Source: Felis catus
Taxonomy: Eukaryota
Direction of reading: 5' to 3'
DNA length: 64,000 nucleotides
Assembly (NCBI RefSeq): GCF_018350175.1
Contig: NC_058368.1
Coordinates: 7,378,001 to 7,442,000 of the forward strand
Positions 47,461 through 58,756 of this stretch are shown here, in pieces. The position numbers and the translations under genes were made by a program. Position 1 is the stretch's first letter; each line of letters begins with the position of its first letter. The notes beneath the pieces were generated by a model. That model worked only from the letters and a program-made list of their open reading frames with translations, was not told the DNA's origin and made no database searches.

Positions 47461-48308
47461 GGACTGCATGTCCCAAGCTTCTTCACACACAGAACTGCTG
47501 CTAAGCCAGATGGGCTCTTAGAAGTGTGTCCAAGTATCAGTAGGTCAGCCTCGACGGCATGGCCACCTCTCAGAACAGACTAGAGATGCGTGTGCCCTCT
47601 TGAAGACGCAAGAAAGACCCAGTTCCGCAAAGGGCTCCATGTGGTAGCCCCAGGTGATGCAGGAGATTTACAATTTGCTTCTTGCCTACATTCATGGGCA
47701 CTTGTGTAAACAGACCGTCTCCAAGACTTCTCTGGACCGAATTTTGTATTCAAGAAGGGCTTCCCTGGTCTCTCATTTACCTTGAGTGTCTGGGGCACCC
47801 GTGTGGCACCAAGACCCGGTTAGAACAATGCTTCCAACAAGCGTGGTAATGATCACTGATTCCACCCAACCCAAGGGGAGAACAAAGGAAGATGGCCACG
47901 CACACACCAAAGCAGCTCTCTAATCATTCAGAACACAGCCATACCCACCAATATGCGAGCGCGTTTACCATTCCAACCCCTCGCTCTCTCCCTGAGACCT
48001 GCAGCCTCTCCAACTTCTTCTAAATCTCCCCCACCCTGTACCACCCCCAGCCCTGCCAAGACAAGACACCATACCCTGGATGTCCTTGCAGGACAGGACA
48101 GGCCCTGAGCAATTTTCTCTGGTGATATGCAATCAACAAAGAGCTTTCACAGGCCTGACTTTGTGAGCGTCATCATAGCCTAGAGGAGGCGGCTACAGTT
48201 ATGCTCACCTGCAGAGAAGACTGAGGCTGGCATATGCTGAGAAGCAGGGGACAGAAGTCCGGATTCTGGAAATAAGCAGAAAGGGCAGAGAGTCAGACTT
48301 TTGGGAAA

Positions 48309-48396
48309 GGAGAGGAGAGGAGAGGAGAGGAGAGGAGAGGAGAGGAGAGGAGAGGAGAGGAGACGGGAGGGGAGCGGAGGGAAGGGAAGGGAAGGG
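48309..48396. repeat. (GGAGA)n/(GGGAA)n purine repeat
   Basis: Seen directly. Confidence 0.95.
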
Positions 48397-48994
48397 CAGA
48401 GCACTTCCACTTATGGTGTGCCTGCAAACAAGCACATAATGGCTGCACACCGGTCCCTTTAGTACTTCTCAGCCACCATTCACTAACTTTTAAAAGGAGA
48501 AGGGGGAGCAAGGTTGCTGGACACAGCAAGGGAGCCTGTGACAGAAAGAGACCCAGACAGCCCCAAGTGTTCACTGGGTGGCAGCCATCAATGGGGCTCT
48601 GTCCCAGGCCATTTTCCTATATTATCCCATGTGCTTCTCCAAACAGCCCTGTCCGGTGAGCTATGATGTCCATCTTGGAGATAAGGAAGCCAAGGCTCAG
48701 AGAAGGTGCTCAAAGCCAAGCCTCAGTGGCTGGGAAAACACAGTTCCACCTGTCCTGAGATCCAGGGATCTTTCCCGTGTTCTAGGGAGAGGCAAGAGTG
48801 CACTGCCAACCTCCTGGCTGCCTGTGCTGGCTCCCACCAGCAACTCCAGGGGCTCGAGCCCAGAGAGCCTCTGACTGGACTAGGGGGAGGGGGAGGTCTG
48901 CTACCTTAGCACTGGAAGGTTGCCTGCATGGAAAACCAAGAAACACACAACATGGTTAAATTAGCCACATTTATTATGAGAAATTCTGCCTTCT

Positions 48995-49168
48995 TTCTTT
49001 CTTTCTAGAGAGAGAGAGAGAGGGAGAGAGCAACAGAAGGGCAGAGGGAGAGAAAGAATCTTAGGCGCACAGAGCCCGATGCAGGGCTCGATCCCACGAC
49101 TGCGAGCTCATGATCTGAGCTGAAATCAAGAGTTGGACGCTTAACCGACTGAGCCACCCAGGCGTCCC
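48995..49168 (-). mobile_element. CanSINE
   Basis: (GA)n..GAAATCAAGAGTTGGACGCTTAACCGACTGAGCCACCCAGGCGTCCC. Confidence 0.93.
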
Positions 49169-49344
49169 AGGTATCTTGCTTTCTAATGATGCTATGAACT
49201 GCATTTCCCAAGAAAGACGCACATACACCCCTTCCTCTCTTTCTCACACGCTCACATGCACACACACACTTGCACAGTGTTCTCTTTGGGGGCATTTCCT
49301 TTTGCCTGGTCTATGGCAACTCTGCCCCAGTTGGTTTTTCTTCC

Positions 49345-49470
49345 CACTCTAGCTGGATATCTTTCTAGAACACAAAACTGACCATGCCATTCCCTTTTGG
49401 AAATCCTTCAACGACACTCACTTTGCTCTTGGGACAACATCCACGCCCCAACCTGCCCAACAGGCCCTTC
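49345..49470 (+). mobile_element. L2 fragment
   Basis: ATCTTTCTAGAACACAAAACTGACCATGCCATTCCC..CCTTCAA. Confidence 0.6.
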
Positions 49471-49479
49471 GGAGAGACA

Positions 49480-49722
49480 TGTGCTGTCCAGTACAGGAAC
49501 CGTTAGCCACGTGTGGCTATGAAATGCTTCCAGTGCAGGTGAGTGCAAACTACCCACCAGGTGTTTATGACTTGGAAAAATAATATAATATGTCTCACTA
49601 ATAATGTTATACTGGTTACATGTTGAAATGATAATACTTTGGATTTTAAGATATAGATTATCAAAATGAACTTCACTTGTTTTTGCCTGACTTCTTAAAT
49701 ATGGCTACTATGAAATTTTCTC
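49480..49722. mobile_element. MER33 (hAT-Charlie)
   Basis: TGTGCTGTCCAGTAC..TAGCCACGTGTGGCTAT..TTACATGTTGAAATGATAATA..TGGCTACTA. Confidence 0.85.
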
Positions 49723-51622
49723 ATTGCCCAAACCTCAGTTCAAGAAGCACCCACCCTGACGAGCTCCCCATGCCCCCCTTTCTTTCTTATACATATGCAA
49801 GTCTCCATGACGGCGCGGACGGTGTCTTAGACATGTCTACATGACCTCAGCTTTGAGGACGGTGCCAGTTAATGGGTGTTGAACTGACTGTTCAATGGGT
49901 GAATGAATGACCAACACAAAGGCGTGTGGCTCTCAGTCTCCAGCCCCGGCTGCCATCTTGGTTCCCTCATCTGCCCAGTTCCCTCTTTTTCCAGTGAGTT
50001 CCAAGCACACCTGCATCTTTATGGCTCCTGGGGCTGAAGGGCATCTCCCCCGTTACCCCCTCTCCGAGTCACTACAGTCTCGGATGATCTAGACATACAC
50101 GACTTAGCCTAGCGGTGAGGCCCCCCCTCCCCCCAAGGGAACCGCCATGCTTTCAACATCAAGTTCCTTCTTTGGAGGGGCTCAGCTGAATCCAGGGCTG
50201 TACTGCAGGATGTGGAGGTGACAGCATTCAGGGTTGTACTTCTACATGCCCAAGATGAGCTCCCAGCTGCCTTGGGGGTACCCCCCCCATCAAAGGGAAG
50301 CAGCTTTGTGTCCCGTCTTCATTCCAGAGCTCTATCAAATCCCTGATGGCCTGATTCTGCACATCCTCTGACTCTCCGCACCCCCCAACCAATTCAGGAT
50401 GCTCAGACATGCAGGCCTGCGCTCACCCAACGTGCTGTCAATAGTAGCTCCCGGTTCTGCCTGTCACAGAAACAGCAAGGGATTCGACAGCCAACTGTGA
50501 CTGTGGAGAAAACTCGGCCCCCAGCAGGCACAGCGGGAGTGTCTCATTCATGGCAGCTCAGACCCTCACACTGGAACCCCATCCATCACTGCCTCCTGCC
50601 ATGACAGAGCCCCAAACCTGAGCTCCAGCTCTGGCATTTCTCGGAGTCACATGGATGGCGATCAGCAGGTCCCTTTGTCCTTGGGCCTTTGCAGGAAATG
50701 TGCCTCATTCTGACATCTAACATTCATTCCCAAACAGGAGTCTAGACTAAGGGGAAAAAAACCTCTAAATCTCCATTGATTGTGCCTACTGGAGGGAGGT
50801 TGATGGGTGGTCTCTGCCCTTAGCTATTACTAAAGAAAATAGGAAAGTTTCGTTTTCGTATTTGCAATGGGTGGCAAGACGAAACGCAACGAAACAAAAA
50901 CAACTTCAGCCTTTTCCACTCTCTTTTAAAGAACTATGACTGTTGGGTCTTAGGAAATGAATGACCTTAAAGTCCATTAAAATAGGTGAGATTAGCGACT
51001 GCTCAGTTAATAGAGACTGTTTAGTTCACAATAAAAAACAACGGCCCAAAACACTCAATGAAAAAAAAATGTTTCTCAAGGTGAAAGGCTCTGTTCGGAA
51101 AAGCCCTTGAGAATTAGATTAAAAATGAAGAAAAAAAAAAAAGTAAATCATCCTTCAGAACACGTTCTTTAAAAATGCAGACTCACCATTCTGAGAAAGA
51201 TTTTGTCCTAAATACTGCTTAATTCCTTAGCCAAGAGGTTGATTAAAGTAAACGCCAGCCAACAGAAATGAATGAAAGATATTCGCATACTCCTGGGTTT
51301 TGATGAGTTGGAAGGAGAACATCAGGGCATGTGAGAGCCCTGTGTTGATGGTGCCTTCTAGAATAAAGGAGGAAGGACACAGTGGAGCAGGAGAGGTCAT
51401 ACTGCAGAGAGGAGGGGAGGGCCTCTGTGGAAGCAGGATGCAGGGATCCTCAGAAAGCTGGCGAGGCACTGGACCTCCCTGGTTCCTGGGATGGGGCAGG
51501 GAGACAAGCCATTACAATCAAATATGAAAAGAAAAGGGGAGCCTGGTAGGCTGCAGGGTGTCAGGACCCAGCGGTGGCAAATCTTGGGTCAGCCTCACTT
51601 AAAAACCTACCTTACAATCCTT

Positions 51623-51835
51623 GGGGCACCTGGGTGGCTCAGTTGGTCCGGCATCCGACTTGGGCTCAGGTCATGATCTCACAGTTCATGAGCTCAAGCC
51701 CCGCATCGGGCTCTGTGCTGACGGCTCAGAGCCGGGAACCTGCTTTGGATTCTGTGTCTCCCTCTCTCTCTGCCCCTCCCCCGCTGGCACTTTGTCTCTG
51801 TCTCCCTCAAAAATAAAAGATTAAAAATATTTTTG
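51623..51835 (+). mobile_element. CanSINE
   Basis: 20-bp TSD AAAAC(C/G)TACCTTACAATCCT. Confidence 0.96.
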
Positions 51836-51862
51836 AAAACGTACCTTACAATCCTCATCATC

Positions 51863-52222
51863 CCTCTCTGGGCTAAATGTTTGTGTCCTACCCCCAAATC
51901 CAAATGTTGGAATGCTAACCTCTAAGATGATAGTAATAGGAGTGGGGCATGGGGAGGTAATTAACTAGACCCCTGTTGGTCAGATTAATGCCCTTATAAG
52001 ACAGGAAGACAGCTTGCTTTTTTTTCTCTCTCTCTGCTCAAGGGAGAGACATACCATGTGAGGACATGAGATGTCCAGGAAGGGAGCACTCACCAGGAAC
52101 CTAACCATGTTGACACTCTGATCTTGGACTTCTAGCCTCCAGAACTGTGAGAAAATAAATTTGTGTTGTTTCAGCACCCCCGGTCTATGGTGTTTGTTAT
52201 AGCAGCCCAAGCTGATTGAGAT
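51863..52222 (+). mobile_element. MLT1A-like solo LTR
   Basis: AATGTTTGTGTCC..CTTGGACTTCTAGCCTCCAGAACTGTGAGAAAATAAATT..TTGTTATAGCAGCCC. Confidence 0.9.
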
Positions 52223-53699
52223 GTCCCTGATCACGGTTTCCGTCTCAGAAGTGCTCCCTTCATTCTCTGTTGTGTGGTCCCTGCTGTTGGTACTTGGCTG
52301 ACCTGATCCCCACCCGTCTCCCTTTTCCCCGGGCTCTCTTCCAGGAAGGGTGGCGTGTAGCAGAAATTGACAGGGCTAGAGCTCCCAGGAAGTTTTGGGT
52401 CCTGATGAAAAGGCAGTGGCCCATCCTTTGTCCATCTGTCTTCTACTATTCCCTGCCTGGAGCATGGGAGGTTTGGAACATAGCAGCCTTCTGTCCACTG
52501 TGCAGGGGCCGACATGACAAAAGACAAAACAAAGACAAAAGACAACAGACTAGGGATGGAAAGAGAGAGGAAAGAGGCAAGCAAAGAGGAGAGAGGAAAG
52601 ATAAGAAAAGCCTGGGTCTCCTAAGAGTGTTGCTACATAGCCAGGTTTTTTCTTTTGTTGTTGTTGTTTGTTTGCTGGCTTTTTAGGAAAAAATATGTCC
52701 CGTGTGTTTAAAAAACTGTTCGTCAAATTATCTGTCATTTGCGGCTGGGAGGATTCCTAACAGATACCGTGCCACCCTCTAGAGCACTGGAGAACATTCT
52801 TTACTTTATCAAATTCTTTTGATTCTTTCAGCAATGAAAGCCAAAAGCCCGAAGACAGTCTGGCCACTACGGTCTGTTCGGCCCCTCCAGGGAGAGAGTG
52901 GGGCTGGTAGGGACCATGAATCGTGCTTTGGTGCCCAGGTAAACATTCCAGAAAATAGAGCCTTAGGGCCTTTAAGAGTGCCTCCTCTATTTTACTTTAA
53001 GATTCATGAGACCATGTGTGGCATCTGAGTCTTTGGGAATGGTAATGATGAGATCAACTACAGTTGCGCTATACAGAGCCCCCAAAGCCTTGTCTTAGAG
53101 AGTCTGGAGACTACTGGAGGCTCTCTTCCAGGGAGACTTGTACCTGACAATACCTTTCGCATCGTCCTACCATTGGCGTGGGTCGAAACTGCACAACTGC
53201 AAAACCAACAGGGCTCACTGTCTCAGACACACACTTCTGCAAGGTCTTGCCTGGAGCAGACAAAGGGCACTTCCAAGGGGAATGCCAGGAGCCCGCGTGG
53301 GGCAGAGCTGCACAGGCAGGAGAAAGGGATGATGGGACCGATGGCGGGTAACGCAATCCGGCAGACCCAACCCTGCCTTGTCATCTGGGAAGAGGAGAGT
53401 GGATGGGGGCCCGAATACGGGAGCTTCTCTGCCTTCCGGAAACCACGTTCATCGGTCTTCTGCGGCCACATTCACGCCTCCTCCGTTGGAAAATTCAGAG
53501 CCGATGCAAATCTTAGTAAGTCCAAATGGAAGCCTATTCTCTGAGAACTGGTTTCCAATAGATCATTTTTCAACCGTTTCGGACTGGGGAGAAAAAGGCT
53601 AGCATTTAGTCTCTAATGCTGTTTACGCAATCTCAGGCGAAGTGATTCAGTAGCCGTCTCTCACTTCATACTTTAAAAAAGAGTAAGTAGCCCTCCCCC

Positions 53700-54260
53700 A
53701 CGCCGCCCCCTGCAAACCCCCATTAAACTACCGCACATTTCAATCTATGCATTGATGACGGGGACGAATACATTTTCTGCCACATCGATGTAGTTAAATT
53801 TCTAGCCCTTATTTTTAACCCAGCACCATTTCAGAAATCAATTTCTGTGGAGAGAGAATACCTGGACATTTAAATCCATCAAAAAGGAGTAAATGAGCAT
53901 TTCAGATACATCCATCAAGAAGAAATGCCCCTTCTCCCCATCATTGTGGGGCTTTGTCAGTCGCCTGTCAGATGAATGTCCGCGTAAGTGTTTATTAATC
54001 ACTCTTGCGCTCGCTGATGGGCCTGAACACTTTGCTCCTCGAAGTCTCTGACATGGACAAAGTATGCGGCAGGTTTCTTCTCTCGGTCTCTTGAGCACAG
54101 TTGCTTACTTTGTTAAAGTTAATTTCCACTCATTTCTGGCTTTGATGGGAAGATTCCTTTATCAATTCAATTCATGCGTGTTGTCTGCAATCAAAGCAAT
54201 ATTGTCTGCTAATGTGAGCTACGTTCCATGCTCCCTCTCCGTTTTATGCTAACGCCTTCC
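53700..54260. promoter_or_regulatory. Candidate developmental enhancer (PBX-HOX, MEIS, TCF/SOX motifs)
   Basis: No recognisable repeat; 2x TGATGGAT (minus), TGACAG, CTTTGAT, ATCAAAG, CATTGT; conservation not tested. Confidence 0.45.
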
Positions 54261-54642
54261 TTCTGCTGGTCCTGCACTGGAGAATTTGGGGAAGAGGCTG
54301 GCTCCCTGGCCTTCAGAGACAGGCTGCAGTGATGGCTGAACCGGCAGCCACCTACCCCTCCCGGAACTGCTTGGCTGCGAGAAATGGGGAGCTGCTCTCT
54401 TTCCCAGGAATCACCTGGCTTGAAAGAGAAGTCAGGGGAAGAGAGAAGGCAGTGGGAGCCACGCGTGACGGAACCTGGTCTGGATCCCCCGGCGGAAGAA
54501 CCAAGCGGCCCTCGGAGATCTTGGGAGGCAGCAGGTTTATTTCACACCAGCAGGTTCGGAGGAGGTAACTCTCCAGAGGTTGAGCCTTACATCGAGGTCT
54601 CCAGTGTAAGCAGAGGGAACGATTTATAGTCTGTGACTTCTT

Positions 54643-54855
54643 GGGGCGCCTGGGTGGCGCAGTCGGTTAAGCGTCCGACTTCAGCCAGGTCACGATCTCG
54701 CGGTCCGTGAGTTCGAGCCCCGCGTCAGGCTCTGGGCTGATGGCTCAGAGCCTGGAGCCTGTTTCCAATTCTGTGCCTCCCCCTCTCTCTGCCCCTCCCC
54801 CGTTCATGCTCTGTCTCTCTCTGTCCCCAAAATAAATAAACGTTAAAAAAAAAAA
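54643..54855 (+). mobile_element. Young SINEC_Fc
   Basis: Perfect 20-bp TSD ATTTATAGTCTGTGACTTCT at 54622 and 54856. Confidence 0.97.
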
Positions 54856-55384
54856 ATTTATAGTCTGTGACTTCTGCATTCCGCATTAGTAGTAATCTGG
54901 TGCTCACGCGTGGCAAGCGGGGTCGGAAGAAGAACCCGGAAGGGGAGTCTTCAGTTGGGGACCGGAATTTCCGTATCAGTCCCATCGGCCATCTTATAAC
55001 AGATTTTCCCCTATCACATGTGGTGGCAATTTGCTATTCCTGCCATGACCTGTAAGATCAAGTCTTATTCCGGAACTCACCAGCCTTTACGTGAGACCTT
55101 TCCACTTCCTCTACCCCGAGGAGATTCACCATCTCCCCAACACACACTTTTGTGCTTCTCATGCTGTCCTTCCCAGCTTCTCTCTCTTCCCCATCTCACC
55201 CCACCCCTGTGCACCCCATTCGTCTAAGTCCTACTCTTCCCGAAAGACCCGCCTCGAGCCTTCCCTCCCTCTCCCTGCCCCAGGATAGCTAGCGCCAGCT
55301 CTCCTCGGAATGCTTCCGGAAATCAAACTTTCACCACGACTGCCCTGGCACTTACCACCTCCTGCTACACTGTGGCAGCACCAC

Positions 55385-55625
55385 TGAGGAGCGAACGGAG
55401 CCAGGCAGGTGGAGTCAGGCAGGCCCGAGCCTGATTCTGACTCAGCCGCTTGGAGTTGGATGGCCCTGCATGTCTCTGAATCCCTGTGGAATTTCTCCAA
55501 AAAGAAAAGGAGTGAACTACTATCTGTCTTGTGGGACGGTTGTGTGGATCCACAATGACTTGTGTAACCCACCCATCACGGTGCCCAGTGACGCGGAAGC
55601 CCAGGGAATGGTGGCTATTGTTATA
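55385..55625 (+). mobile_element. MIR (diverged)
   Basis: TGGAGTCAGGCAG..GGTTGTGTGGAT..GGTGCCCAG..ATGGTGGCTATTGTTA. Confidence 0.6.
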
Positions 55626-56076
55626 AATCCCAACTAGATGACAGACCCCCAGAGGGAAGTGCGGTCCACACCGTGCATTTCTGCGCTACAGAGGAAGGAA
55701 AGTTAAACCCCCGTGATTCAGACTCTCCTGCAGCCAAGGATTAGGTTACCTATAAGGTTCCAGAAATTAAATGTGCTTCTTCACCGTCTGGAAGACAGAA
55801 GCAAGGGGAGACTTGTCAAGAACTGTGAAGGGGCCAAGGTTTCGCTCTACACGCAAGCTAACGAGTTCGTCTACCCCAGTGTCATAGGTGCTGGGAGAAG
55901 ACAGGAGACTCTCGGGTGGGAGACAACGGACCTATTACTGACAGCAGAGCAGCAGCCAGACTGTCAGCATTTTCTTGTGCCGGTTCCTTAAAGTTCAGTT
56001 ACCCCAGGGCAACACGAAGAGGGCCAAGTGACCCCTGCATACACAGGAGAATCCAAAACTTTTTGTAAGTTACAAG

Positions 56077-56303
56077 ATTTTTTTAATGCTTATTTATTGT
56101 TGAGAGAGAGAGAGAGAGCAAACAAGTGCAACTGGGGGAGGGGCAGAGAGAAAGAGAGAGAGAGAGAGAGACAGAATCCAAAGCAGGCTCCAGGCTCCGA
56201 GCTGTCGGCACAGAGCCCAACATGGGGCTCGAACTCACGAGCCATGAGGCCATGACCTGAGCCGAAGTCGGACGCTCCACCGACTGAGCCACCCATGTGC
56301 CCC
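56077..56303 (-). mobile_element. CanSINE in the tail of the next SINE
   Basis: Full antisense body. Confidence 0.94.
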
Positions 56304-56518
56304 TTTGAAATTTTTGTTTGGATGTTTAGTTATTATTTTGAGAGAGAGAGAGAGACAGAGCTGGGGAGGGGCAGAGAGAGAGGGAGACAGAATCCCACCA
56401 GGCTCCCTGCTATCAGCGCAGAGCCCGATACAGGGCTCGAACCCACGAACTGTGAGATGATGACCTAAGCTGAAACCAAGAGTCAGATGCTTAACTGACT
56501 GAGCCACCCAGGTGCCCC
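56304..56518 (-). mobile_element. CanSINE (host)
   Basis: Outer TSD-like AATCCAAAACTTTT / AACCCAAATCTTTT. Confidence 0.92.
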
Positions 56519-57304
56519 AAACCCAAATCTTTTCCAGTGGACAGTAGGCGAGCCTGCCCATTGCTTTGGAGGGGGATGTTCTATCTCCAAAGCTATTTTC
56601 TATGGGAGCAGCCTCGGAAAGACAGTCTAGAACCAAGCAGACAATACATCTACAAGGTGTGAAGATGCAAGAGACCTGTGGAAAATGGTCTCTCCACCAG
56701 CCCATCTTCCTGCTGCCAGCTGCTGCTCCTAGCAAGGAAGGTTGTGGAAAATTGGGGGGGGGGGGTTCTACGGTCGCCTTCCAGTGGTCACCAGCTTTAA
56801 AAGAAATGATAGAAACCACCCTAACCCCAGACCACATCCATGACTGTGACATACACTGGAGCTCAGCTGTTCCTGTGGCAGCATCCTGGCTGAGTTCTTA
56901 ATTGTGGCAGGCTAGTTAGGCATTTTTGAACTCACGGAAGGCCTCACCAAGAGTCCACTTCCTAACCTGTGTTAAATTCTGCCCTTACGGTATCACACGG
57001 CTGGAGTGGTTTCTGCCTCCTGCGCTAATATAAGTCTGGACTAAACCTCAGTGTTCGCCAAAGCTTTGGTGCCTTCCACTAAACCTGTGATAATGGTGAA
57101 GATGGTGACGATTATGATGATGGCAGTGGTGATGACAATTAGGGGAAGGAAAAGGAGGAGTTTGAGGAAAGTAGGAGTAAAGCAGGAAAAAGAGAAGAAA
57201 GAAGGGGGAAAAAACTTCATCATGTTTCTCCTTCTTTCCCTCCCCAAATACACATATTATCAAGGGAGAAAGCAAGCTTTTTGAGTCTCTACCTATTACA
57301 AATA

Positions 57305-57306
<2 letters not shown>

Positions 57307-57345
<39 letters not shown>
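57307..57345 (+). repeat. Poly(A) run
   Basis: About 39 A with no adjacent SINE/LINE body. Confidence 0.95.
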
Positions 57346-57348
<3 letters not shown>

Positions 57349-57564
57349 CTACATACTCATTACTGGAACCCCAAGGTCACCAGTTAGAGTTCTTGTTTTG
57401 TTTTGTTAATTTACATCTTCCTCTAATTTTTCTGTGACACAGAGGAGTTTCTCAGATGCTCTCACAGGCTGGTCGCATCCTTGGCTGGATCAGGGAGAAG
57501 CCAGATCTCAGTGGAAGGTTCCCCAGTCACAAAGCTACTTTCATACCTGTCTCAGCACTTCACA

Positions 57565-57624
57565 GGGGGAAGGGGAGGGGAGGGGAGGGGAGAGGAGGGG
57601 AGGGGAGGGGAGGGGAGGGAAGGG
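57565..57624 (+). repeat. (GGGGA)n G-rich repeat
   Basis: Seen directly. Confidence 0.95.
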
Positions 57625-57931
57625 AAAGTCCACGTCTTTAGCCTAAGTCATGGTCTAGGGGTTCTTCCTGGAGTGGGAGTTCTAGCTGACGAGCTCACTC
57701 CAACAAGCTAACCCTCCCAATGGTGACCCAGAATACTCATCCCAGTCCTGTGAAGTAACTTCTGGAAGGCCATCTCTCAGAACCACCTGGTGACATGTCT
57801 ACCCCTCTGGGCTGCCCTGTGCCATCCCAGAGTTCTATGCAGGGTCTGGCATAGGCATTCACCCTTCCTACGCAATACAGGTGGCTGGGTTCTGAGATGC
57901 CCATAAAATTGCCCATGTGATACATGCATAC

Positions 57932-58165
57932 GATAGCAGCTAATATTTATTGAGTACTTACTATGTGACAGACACAGTGTCACACGATCTGGAGGTCTTT
58001 TAGTTCGTTTCAGTCCCCCCCGCCCCAGCAGTTCTATGAAGCAGGCACTTTTATGCCTCTTAGTTCACAGAAGTGGCAACTGGGGCTCAGAGAATCAAGC
58101 AACTCGCCCCAAATCATAGCCAGAATGTCTTCGGAGGCTCCGCTCCTAACAACTATGTAACCCTG
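57932..58165 (-). mobile_element. MIR
   Basis: GCAGCTAATATTTATTGAGTACTTACTATGTG..CTGGGGCTCAGAGA. Confidence 0.85.
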
Positions 58166-58362
58166 CTCAGAGCAGGGACACAATGGATATTTGTTCCGTG
58201 GATTAGAACAGGTGTGGCAGAAATCGCTGATTTCCCCTCTTACCCACTCTTCCCTTCATCTTAGAAATAACCCCCACTACCATCCAAGATTTTGGCTGAG
58301 CCTCTGCCTACTTCCTTAGGCCTCAGTTTCCACATCTGTCAATCAGAAATAATAATAGTACC

Positions 58363-58575
58363 AGCATGCCTCGGTGGCTCAGTCAGTGAAGCGTCTGACT
58401 CTTGATTTTCGCTCAGGTCATGATCTCACTCGTGAGATCGAGCCCTCCCTCAGGCCCTGCGCTGACAGCTCAGAGCCTGCTTGGGCTTCTCTCTCTCCCT
58501 CTCTCTCTCTGCTCCTCCCCTGCTCGCTCTCTCTCTCTCAAAATAAATGAATAAACATTAAAAAAAAAAAGAAAG
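58363..58575 (+). mobile_element. CanSINE inside a MIR (~58300-58600)
   Basis: TSD AATAAT(A/G)GTACC; preceded by GCCTCAGTTTCCACATCTGT. Confidence 0.93.
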
Positions 58576-58720
58576 AATAATGGTACCTGTCTCATGTTCA
58601 AGTGTAAGAACTCCCAGTCATGTAGATCGCTAACCAGAAAGTGTCACCAACTATGGTATCTGACCAGTAAAATACGTATTTTAAATTCCTAACTTATAAT
58701 TCATTTTAATGACTGTGAGG

Positions 58721-58722
<2 letters not shown>

Positions 58723-58755
<33 letters not shown>
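58723..58755. repeat. (TG)n microsatellite
   Basis: Seen directly. Confidence 0.95.

Positions 58756-58756
<1 letters not shown>

Noticed and set aside
56235..56852. Longest ORF (205 aa)
   Set aside because: About half is SINE sequence; no domain or exon structure recognised.
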